IMG/VR virus record: IMGVR_UViG_2909298281_000005
Source of the DNA: a virus
Taxonomy: Duplodnaviria; Heunggongvirae; Uroviricota; Caudoviricetes
Length of the DNA: 47,442 bases
Reading direction: 5' to 3' (one strand)
Shown here: positions 40,563 through 47,442 of the stretch, in pieces
Layout of the letters: each line of letters starts with the position of its first letter
Position numbering within the stretch: the stretch's first letter is position 1
The notes under the pieces: model-generated
Seen by the model: the letters and a program-made list of their open reading frames with translations, nothing else
Told to the model about the DNA's origin: nothing
Databases searched by the model: none
Program-made: the position numbers and the translations under genes

Positions 40563-41545
40563 TTATAAATCAACAACATTTAGTGTTATATCAATATTAT
40601 TTAGCCTTGCAATCTCTGATGAATCACTTGCTATTTTAGCTTTTAATTTATCAATATTAATCATATCTTCATGGCTTATATAAACCATATCACCTTGGTT
40701 AACTTTAGATTTGTTCACTATGGCTTGAATAACAGACAAATCATCCATTACACCTCTCATAAATTTCACCATGCTTTGATCTTTGAAGTCAGATATCGAT
40801 TTTGAACGTTGCTTACGTTGAATTGTTCCATTACACCTCTCATAAATTTCACCATGCTTTGATCTTTGAAGTCAGATATCGATTTTGAACGTTGCTTACG
40901 TTGAATTGTTCCTTTTGTAATTACTTCATTAATTTCTTTTAAACCAGTGAGCATATCAGACAGACTGCCTTCGCAACTCATCCGATGTTTTATTGCATTG
41001 CGATTAATAATATTGAGTATAATTTCGAGTGAATCTTTATCACTCCATGGATGTAATGATGTATAATCATGATGGCGTCGAATGGCGTCAATCATATCCT
41101 GGACCATATCTTCATCTGCTTTATCGCAAAGTTCATTCACGAAATAGCTGGGGTCGATTATTTTACAATAACTTGGAGTTAGGTATCTTGAGGCTTTACA
41201 AAAACCAAAAATATATAAAGTAGAGTATTTATCTTTCAGACTCTCTCCTATTTCATTTGCTTCCTCAAAAGATTCGATAGTTTTTTTAATTTTTGCTGGA
41301 CTTGCATTCGTAGTAACTTGAACTGCTATCATGTTTTTATTATCAGCTAAATCAATGGCGGGAAAATTAACTTTAATCTGATTCATGTTTACCAGTTCAC
41401 CCATTTTCAGCGCGCGAAACATAAAGATGGTCAATGACTCAATTATTCTTTCCATGTCATGAAAGCCTGCCTGTTTGCGTTGCGCGATATAAAGCTGGAG
41501 TAGTGCAATATCACTCTGTAAGTTTCTAATAAGTGGATCAATCAT
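40563..41545 (-). pseudogene. defence-island-like protein (about 300 aa) disrupted by an 83-bp tandem duplication
   Basis: Track ORFs 40766..41545 and 40563..40772 share the duplicated peptide MVKFMRGVM...; N-terminal motif ...NQIKVNFPAIDLADNKNMIAVQVTT... Confidence 0.55.
40745..40912. repeat. perfect tandem duplication, 2 x 83 bp
   Basis: Unit CCATTACACCTCTCATAAATTTCACCATGCTTTGATCTTTGAAGTCAGATATCGATTTTGAACGTTGCTTACGTTGAATTGTT appears twice head-to-tail. Confidence 0.85.
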
Positions 41546-41797
41546 AGCTAATAATCCTTTTCAATGAAGCTGGAGGTGTATTTAACTATTAGTTAAATTT
41601 CTATTTTTATAGAAACAAGCTTTACAACTTCATCAAAGTTTCTCAAATCCTAATCCACTTTGCAAATCCACTAACCATGCTGAATGCTTTCTGTTGTTAA
41701 ACATATCCGCTGCTGGCACCAAGCAGACAAACACACTAACTCTACCCTACTCCACAAAAGAGCCAATCAATATCTGAACTAATAAACTTTAATCTCA

Positions 41798-42220
41798 TCA
41801 CTTCAATAAATATCGAGCATTTCCCTGATAGAATGCTAGTATGCGCTGCATAACTTCACTCTTCCGGCACTCGCGACAGATTATGTTCTGACGCCTGTCG
41901 TAGCGACGTATTTCTCCGTCAGGTAATGACCAGATAAGGTCCGGATCAACCGCAGATGGTTCCTTCAGCTTTGCCCTTGAGAGCTTTTTACGGGCATTTT
42001 GCCAGTCCTTACGCGCCTGTTCAGACGGGAATAACCCGTAACCAGAGTTGTATACATCGCCGCTGGCAACCAGCTCTCTTGCGAGAACGCTCATCAGATA
42101 TCTTGTCGCACCTGTCTTGACTTCCAGTTGCCGTAACGTCTCACGACCGCTCTGGCGCACGAGTTCCACCACCTGCCCTTTAATTTTTTCCCGCTCTTCT
42201 TGTGTAAAAACTTTTGCCAC
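41798..42220 (-). CDS. hypothetical protein in replication module (P position)
   Basis: 140-aa ORF downstream of O-like gene; HTH-like segment; no confident family. Confidence 0.4.
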   Translation of the reverse strand: MAKVFTQEEREKIKGQVVELVRQSGRETLRQLEVKTGATRYLMSVLARELVASGDVYNSGYGLFPSEQARKDWQNARKKLSRAKLKEPSAVDPDLIWSLPDGEIRRYDRRQNIICRECRKSEVMQRILAFYQGNARYLLK

Positions 42221-42260
42221 AAGTCCCCCTTAAAATTACCTCATGACCTGAAATCAAAAC

Positions 42261-43226
42261 TTATCCTCTGAAACCAGGCGGAATTTCTGTATCCGGTTCA
42301 GAAATATGATTAACACAACGCTGTACAGGTGAACGCCCCAGGCGGATGACCAGTTCGTCCCATTTTTCGCGGAGCTTTGACGGGCTCATGATGTTTTTTA
42401 CCCAGAACGGATCCCGCTGTACCCGACCAAACATTTCACAAATTTGTCTGTGGCTTCTGCCATCCAGCATCCGCATTGTGCGCACATCATTGGCCCAGAC
42501 AGTCCAGTTAGGCTCTTTTGGTCGCATGATCTCGCCATCATCACTGGCGGCCTGTTCGTAGAGACCCACGATCCGCCCCCATATCCACTGCGCACACGCC
42601 AGATCCTCCTGGCTACCCCACTGGCGTTTTTTCGCACTAAACACAACTGCGCCAGGGTGCCAGATTAAAAAATCCTGTTCAGCCGTCTGCGGGTCCGGTT
42701 GCGAAGCTTCCGGACGAAAAGTGTTTTTATTCTCTGTAGTAATCTCTGTTGTATTCTCTGTAGGATCATCGGGCCATTTTGACCCGATGACATTGGGTCG
42801 TTTTGAACCAATGGAGCGTTTCATTTTGACCTCTTCCATCGTGTCATTTTGACCTGATGGAGCGGCGCATTTTGAACCGATGGATTCGCTCAATTTGCCA
42901 TCATCTAAAAGCTCGCTCCCATAGTTAATCGTGTAGAAATTGGTCATATCGCGCTTTGATTTATTGAGCTTTTCACAACGCAAGAGCCCCAGCGTTTTCA
43001 GACTTGCAAACGCGCGCTTTAACGTTGACTCTGACCAGAATGGGAACTGTTCCAGCCATTGTTCCGTTGTGTTGTAAATCCAGCGAACACCATCACATTC
43101 CATGCCGGAATTGGTATCTCTCAACCAGTAATGCAACTGCTGCAACACAATGGCTTCATTTAAGCCAATCTTCATCGCAAGCTGTGTGTTTATAACCAGT
43201 GGGCGTTCAGCAAAAAGAAGGCTCAT
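42261..43226 (-). CDS. replication initiation protein, O-like, with internal origin iterons
   Basis: About 321 aa from ATG 43226 (track start 43280); repeated SIGSK peptide motif encoded by DNA iterons. Confidence 0.6.
   Translation of the reverse strand: MSLLFAERPLVINTQLAMKIGLNEAIVLQQLHYWLRDTNSGMECDGVRWIYNTTEQWLEQFPFWSESTLKRAFASLKTLGLLRCEKLNKSKRDMTNFYTINYGSELLDDGKLSESIGSKCAAPSGQNDTMEEVKMKRSIGSKRPNVIGSKWPDDPTENTTEITTENKNTFRPEASQPDPQTAEQDFLIWHPGAVVFSAKKRQWGSQEDLACAQWIWGRIVGLYEQAASDDGEIMRPKEPNWTVWANDVRTMRMLDGRSHRQICEMFGRVQRDPFWVKNIMSPSKLREKWDELVIRLGRSPVQRCVNHISEPDTEIPPGFRG
42771..42888. repeat. iteron array (candidate ori): 5 copies of CATTTTGA(C/A)C..GATGG at about 23-24 bp spacing
   Basis: Direct repeats read from sequence inside the O-like gene; a short TCTCTGT(A/T)G repeat set lies just upstream. 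Confidence 0.6.
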
Positions 43227-43728
43227 AATTCCATCCAGCTTTTTGTTGGTATTGCTGTCGATACGCAAGTTTGAAAGCAATTGCTTTTTCTATAAGTTCG
43301 TCAGTTTCACGATCCACTACGGCAGGATCAGCAAAAAGCAGTCCGGACTCCACCACATCGCCATATTCTTTGTTTAACCCGGCGATCATGTACGTGATGC
43401 TTTTTCCGTCACTAATTTCACGATACAACCTGAAATCATTAATCCGGATAGCCTCCATAATTGCAGGCACTAGCGCCGTGAACTTTTCACGCTTATCCCT
43501 GGTGTCGATAGCCTTCCAGCGTTCGAATATCTTCACTCGATTAACGCCAAGCGCTCGCTGATCAACCGCGCCACCTTCATCTGTGACACGCTGAACATCG
43601 ATGTTCGGGCGCTCTTTCAAAGCCCAGAATGCTTCAGTGATTAATATCGTCGCCTGCTCCTGTGTCATTCCTGGTCGACATATCCAGGCATCCAGAGCCT
43701 CACGAGCCTGTTCAGGAGTGATTTTCAT
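43207..43728 (-). CDS. hypothetical early protein (173 aa)
   Basis: ORF immediately downstream of dicC-like gene; no confident family. Confidence 0.4.
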   Translation of the reverse strand: MKITPEQAREALDAWICRPGMTQEQATILITEAFWALKERPNIDVQRVTDEGGAVDQRALGVNRVKIFERWKAIDTRDKREKFTALVPAIMEAIRINDFRLYREISDGKSITYMIAGLNKEYGDVVESGLLFADPAVVDRETDELIEKAIAFKLAYRQQYQQKAGWNYEPSFC

Positions 43729-43939
43729 TGTTCAACCGCCCCGCCCGCTTCGTCTTACGATATTCGTCATAAACCTTGGGATCATACAGAAGCTCGCCGC
43801 CAGATGCCTCCTGTAGACGCATCGCGCGACCTTCAGGAACTAGCTCTTGCCATTGAGAAACAGCAGATGGGTCAACGCCAGCAGCTTTCGCTACTTTGGC
43901 TTTCGTACCGTAAAAATTAATTACGTCTGATTTAAACAT
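43712..43939 (-). CDS. dicC: Cro-like regulator, DicC-like
   Basis: 75 aa from MFKSD...; divergent from dicA; GGAGGTG 4 nt upstream; C-terminal ...LVPEGRAMRLQEASGGEL.YDPKVYDEYRKTKRAGRLNNENHS matches DicC as recalled. Confidence 0.7.
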   Translation of the reverse strand: MFKSDVINFYGTKAKVAKAAGVDPSAVSQWQELVPEGRAMRLQEASGGELLYDPKVYDEYRKTKRAGRLNNENHS

Positions 43940-44016
43940 CGCACCTCCAATATTGAGTTTTCTCAATGCTAATCACTCAAGGAATCTCAAGTCAAGGATT
44001 ATTAAGATATCTAAAT

Positions 44017-44424
44017 ATGAACGAGAAAACTTTAGGTCAACGCATTAGAGAAAGACGTAAGCAGGTAGGCTTAAGTCAAAACGGTTTAAGCAAAGCTGCT
44101 GGCGTATCTGGCTCATCAATTTCATTATGGGAAAGTGACCATACAGCCCCGCGCGGGCAAAATTTGCATCGCCTCGCCGAGGTATTGCAATGTTCACCAA
44201 CCTGGATACTGTTTGGCGACGAGGACAAAACACCAGCTCCCCCTGTTTCACTCGATAGTACCCTAGACTTATCGGAAGATGAGTTAGAGATGCTGCGTTT
44301 GTATCGCGCACTTCCTAAATCAGAGCAACAAGCACAACTCAGCGAACTCCGCGCCCGCGTTGAGAATTTTAATCGCCTGTTCACCGAGCTATTAGAGGCT
44401 CGCAAACGCAACAAGCATCAATAA
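44017..44424 (+). CDS. dicA: HTH XRE-family repressor DicA
   Basis: 135 aa from MNEKTLGQRIRERRKQ...; ...VLQCSPTWILFGDEDK... matches DicA as recalled. Confidence 0.8.
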   Translation: MNEKTLGQRIRERRKQVGLSQNGLSKAAGVSGSSISLWESDHTAPRGQNLHRLAEVLQCSPTWILFGDEDKTPAPPVSLDSTLDLSEDELEMLRLYRALPKSEQQAQLSELRARVENFNRLFTELLEARKRNKHQ

Positions 44425-44616
44425 TCATCCCTTCACAAAATTTTAAAGCCTTACATTTCAATGTATTGGCTTTATCTTGCGCCAACACTTGAGTTTTCTC
44501 ATCAAAAAACCTTGACGAAAAATAATGAGAAAACTAAATTACCTCCATCAACACACCGCACGGTGTTCTCCGCAAACAGTTCCGCTACCCCAGCGTTAAG
44601 GGGAAATGAGGTCAGC

Positions 44617-44772
44617 ATGGATACTATCGATCTTGGCAACAACGAATCTCTGGTGTACGGCGTGTTTCCAAACCAGGACGGCACGTTCACCGCAATGACG
44701 TATACCAAAAGCAAAACGTTTAAAACCGAAAATGGTGCCCGTCGCTGGCTGGAAAGAAACTCAGGTGAGTGA
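44617..44772 (+). CDS. ydfA: YdfA-like small protein (51 aa)
   Basis: MDTIDLGNNESLVYGVF...; GAGG 7 nt upstream; first gene of dicB operon. Confidence 0.6.
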   Translation: MDTIDLGNNESLVYGVFPNQDGTFTAMTYTKSKTFKTENGARRWLERNSGE

Positions 44773-44773
44773 T

Positions 44774-44902
44774 ATGGATTTCGACACAATCATGGAAAAG
44801 GCTTACGAAGAATACTTCGAAGGCCTTGCCGAAGGCGAAGAAGCTCTCAGCTTCAGTGAGTTTAAACAGGCGCTTTCCAGTTCGGCAAAATCTAACGGCT
44901 GA
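44774..44902 (+). CDS. ydfB: YdfB-like small protein (42 aa)
   Basis: MDFDTIMEKAYEEYFEGLAEGEEALSFSEFKQALSSSAKSNG; below ORF-track size cut-off, read by hand. Confidence 0.5.
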   Translation: MDFDTIMEKAYEEYFEGLAEGEEALSFSEFKQALSSSAKSNG

Positions 44903-44931
44903 TAAGCGAAACAGCACCGCGAGGAATCAGT

Positions 44932-45150
44932 ATGCAGAAACGAGAACCCGTCATCATCGCGCCAGACTATACCGATGATGAACTTTATGAGTGGATGCGC
45001 CAGAAAATTAATGCAGCGCAGGATCTGAAATGGGCTAATGAAGCCAGGGCTAAGCAGGCTGAAAATCTGTCCGCTCTGGAGCAGGATATCACCAATCTGG
45101 AAAAAGCAGCGGCATTAAGCATTGCCAGAATGATTACATACCCGCGTTAG
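44932..45150 (+). CDS. ydfC: YdfC-like protein (72 aa)
   Basis: Track ORF; position in dicB operon. Confidence 0.6.
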   Translation: MQKREPVIIAPDYTDDELYEWMRQKINAAQDLKWANEARAKQAENLSALEQDITNLEKAAALSIARMITYPR

Positions 45151-45490
45151 TAGCTAATCAACAAAGCTAAGGTTAGTAATTAAGGAGTTCTCCACGGGTG
45201 AGGTGGAGTGCGTGCGCCGGACACGGGTGCGCATCCGGAACTGACAGTTTACTGAAAGGATATTTCCCTGAAAAGTCAGACCATAACGCGAAAGCGCACG
45301 GCGAGGTAGCTGGTTCATAGATAGCCTGTCGTTAAATTTTCGTCGACCGTGCGCTTCCGGTTGTGGCAACCCGCGAAATGGCGCGGCGGTAAGTATGGCG
45401 GGGTTATTCCTTCCCCGTTGAGGACACCGGGTTGTCAGGTTGACCATACGCTTAAGTGACAACCCCGCTGCAACGCCCTCTGTTATCAAT

Positions 45491-45548
45491 TTTCTGGTGA
45501 CGTTTGGCGGTATCAGTTTTACTCCGTGACTGCTCTGCCGCCCTTTTT
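45491..45548 (+). ncRNA. dicF: DicF small RNA (cell-division-inhibitory sRNA)
   Basis: TTTCTGGTGACGTTTGGCGGTATCAGTTTTACTCCGTGACTGCTCTGCCGCCCTTTTT matches DicF as recalled; located between ydfC and dicB with terminal hairpin plus T-run. Confidence 0.65.
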
Positions 45549-45717
45549 AAAGTGAATTTTGTGATGTGGTGAATGCGGCTGAGCGCACGCGGAACAGTTA
45601 AAACCAAAAACAGTGTTATGGGTGGATTCTCTGTATCCGGCGTTAATTGTTAACTGGTTAACGTCACCTGGAGGCACCAGGCACTGCATCACAAAATTCA
45701 TTGTTGAGGACGCGATA

Positions 45718-45906
45718 ATGAAAACGTTATTACCAAACGTTAATACGTCTGAAGGTTGTTTTGAAATTGGTGTCACTATCAGTAACCCAGTATTTACTGA
45801 AGATGCCATTAACAAGAGAAAACAAGAACGGGAGCTATTAAATAAAATATGCATTGTTTCAATGCTGGCTCGTTTACGTCTGATGCCAAAAGGATGTGCA
45901 CAATGA
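45718..45906 (+). CDS. dicB: cell division inhibitor DicB (62 aa)
   Basis: MKTLLPNVNTSEGCFEIGVTISNPVFTEDAINKRKQERELLNKICIVSMLARLRLMPKGCAQ; GAGGA upstream. Confidence 0.8.
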   Translation: MKTLLPNVNTSEGCFEIGVTISNPVFTEDAINKRKQERELLNKICIVSMLARLRLMPKGCAQ

Positions 45907-45968
45907 ATTCAGCATTTGTGCTTGTTCTGACAGTTTTTCTTGTTTCCGGAGAGCCAGTTGATATTGCA
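45903..45968 (+). pseudogene. ydfD: ydfD truncated after 22 codons by IS1 insertion
   Basis: MNSAFVLVLTVFLVSGEPVDIA then IS1 left end at 45969; start overlaps dicB stop (ATGA). Confidence 0.6.
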
Positions 45969-46023
45969 GGTGATGCTGCCAACTTACTGATTTAGTGTAT
46001 GATGGTGTTTTTGAGGTGCTCCA

Positions 46024-46299
46024 GTGGCTTCTGTTTCTATCAGCTGTCCCTCCTGTTCAGCTACTGACGGGGTGGTGCGTAACGGCAAAAGCACCGCCGG
46101 ACATCAGCGCTATCTCTGCTCTCACTGCCGTAAAACATGGCAACTGCAGTTCACTTACACCGCTTCTCAACCCGGTACGCACCAGAAAATCATTGATATG
46201 GCCATGAATGGCGTTGGATGCCGGGCAACTGCCCGCATTATGGGCGTTGGCCTCAACACGATTTTACGTCACTTAAAAAACTCAGGCCGCAGTCGGTAA
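46024..46299 (+). CDS. insA: IS1 InsA
   Basis: [42 protein letters not shown]... Confidence 0.85.
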
Positions 46300-46721
46300 C
46301 CTCGCGCATACAGCCGGGCAGTGACGTCATCGTCTGCGCAGAAATGGACGAACAGTGGGGATACGTCGGGGCTAAATCGCGCCAGCGCTGGCTGTTTTAC
46401 GCGTATGACAGGCTCCGGAAGACGGTTGTTGCGCACGTATTCGGTGAACGCACTATGGCGACGCTGGTGCGTCTTATGAGCCTGCTGTCACCCTTTGACG
46501 TGGTGATATGGATGACGGATGGCTGGCCGCTGTATGAATCCCGCCTGAAGGGAAAGCTGCACGTAATCAGCAAGCGATATACGCAGCGAATTGAGCGGCA
46601 TAACCTGAATCTGAGGCAGCACCTGGCACGGCTGGGACGGAAGTCGCTGTCGTTCTCAAAATCGGTGGAGCTGCATGACAAAGTCATCGGGCATTATCTG
46701 AACATAAAACACTATCAATAA
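46218..46721 (+). CDS. insB: IS1 InsB frame (expressed as InsAB' by -1 frameshift at the A-run TTAAAAAACTC)
   Basis: Track ORF in -1 frame overlapping insA; A6C slippery run visible near 46273-46280. Confidence 0.8.
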
Positions 46722-46736
46722 GTTGGAGTCATTACC

Positions 46737-47049
46737 AAAGGCGTCTATAACGTTAAAAATGTGATTGTTGCCGATCGCATTGATGAACGACTGGAAAAAG
46801 CGAAAGAGAGCGGGGCAGACTGGGCGATTAATAACAGCCAGACACCGCTTGGCGAGATTTTCGCTGAAAAAGGCATCAAGCCGACATTAATTATCGATGC
46901 GGCTTGTCATCCTTCTATCCTGAAAGAGGCCGTAACGCTGGCTTCTCCAGCGGCACGTATTGTATTGATGGGCTTCTCCAGTGAACCGTCTGAAGTGATT
47001 CAGCAAGGAATTACCGGAAAAGAACTCTCTATTTTCTCTTCACGCTTAA
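46737..47049 (+). pseudogene. internal fragment of a Zn-dependent (MDR-type) dehydrogenase gene trapped between two IS1 copies (possibly rspB-like)
   Basis: In-frame from IS1 end to next IS1 end: ...VIVADRIDERLEKAKESGADWAINNSQ...IIDAACHPSILKEAVTLASPAARIVLMGFSSEPSEV...; no start or stop of its own. Confidence 0.55.
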
Positions 47050-47442
47050 GGTAATGACTCCAACTTATTGATAGTGTTTTATGTTCAGATAATGCCCGAT
47101 GACTTTGTCATGCAGCTCCACCGATTTTGAGAACGACAGCGACTTCCGTCCCAGCCGTGCCAGGTGCTGCCTCAGATTCAGGTTATGCCGCTCAATTCGC
47201 TGCGTATATCGCTTGCTGATTACGTGCAGCTTTCCCTTCAGGCGGGATTCATACAGCGGCCAGCCATCCGTCATCCATATCACCACGTCAAAGGGTGACA
47301 GCAGGCTCATAAGACGCACCAGCGTCGCCATAGTGCGTTCACCGAATACGTGCGCAACAACCGTCTTCCGGAGCCTGTCATACGCGTAAAACAGCCAGCG
47401 CTGGCGCGATTTAGCCCCGACGTATCCCCACTGTTCGTCCAT
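47050..47442 (-). mobile_element. second IS1 copy, inverted, truncated by the window edge
   Basis: Starts GGTAATGACTCCAACTTATTGATAGTG (reverse complement of IS1 right end); sequence identical to copy 1 where compared. Confidence 0.85.
47065..47442 (-). CDS. insB: IS1 InsB (partial, runs off window)
   Basis: Track ORF identical in translation to insB of the first copy. Confidence 0.8.
   Translation of the reverse strand: MDEQWGYVGAKSRQRWLFYAYDRLRKTVVAHVFGERTMATLVRLMSLLSPFDVVIWMTDGWPLYESRLKGKLHVISKRYTQRIERHNLNLRQHLARLGRKSLSFSKSVELHDKVIGHYLNIKHYQ

Larger units (their letters stand above)
45969..46736 (+). mobile_element. IS1 (768 bp, complete)
   Basis: Begins GGTGATGCTGCCAACTTACTGATTTAGTGTATGATGG and ends ...AGTTGGAGTCATTACC; insA/insB inside. 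Confidence 0.9.

Noticed and set aside
1-47442. Integrase/excisionase, CRISPR arrays, rRNA genes
   Set aside because: No ORF with tyrosine-recombinase features and no repeat-spacer or rRNA-like sequence seen; the integrase end of the prophage appears to be missing or beyond the IS1 elements.

Overview
The window is almost entirely a lambda-like prophage lying in reverse orientation beside the chromosomal MFS transporter gene ydfJ (1-1284), with no integrase, rRNA or CRISPR array seen. Layout: AT-rich tail-fibre-proximal end with two tfa 3-prime remnants (1.3-3.0 kb); lambda-type tail module tfa-stf-lom-J-I-K-L-M-H-G/T-V-U-Z (3.0-19.4 kb); head module with a ClpP-type protease/capsid gene, portal, W-like, large and small terminase (19.4-26.2 kb); an IS66-family insertion with 8-bp target duplication (26.4-29.1 kb); an AT-rich orphan gene and the lysis module (pinholin, SAR endolysin, Rz-like) with accessory genes including two lipoproteins carrying a TolA C-terminal-like domain (29.4-34.4 kb); two tRNAs, a pR'/tR'-like unit, Q-like gene, rusA, nin-like genes and hokD (34.5-38.2 kb); a low-GC cargo island (38.2-41.8 kb); an O-like replication gene with internal iterons; a Qin-type dicC-dicA-ydfABC-dicF-dicB module (43.7-45.9 kb); and ydfD truncated by IS1, a dehydrogenase fragment and a second inverted IS1 (45.9-47.4 kb). 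The best candidates for an undescribed system are the TolA-domain lipoprotein pair and the low-GC island; neither can be confirmed from sequence alone. Limits: all homology calls come from reading the translations and from memory of reference proteins, with no database search run. Coordinates of non-ORF features are hand-indexed and may be off by about 2 nt. Several frame breaks sit in homopolymers and could be sequencing artefacts.
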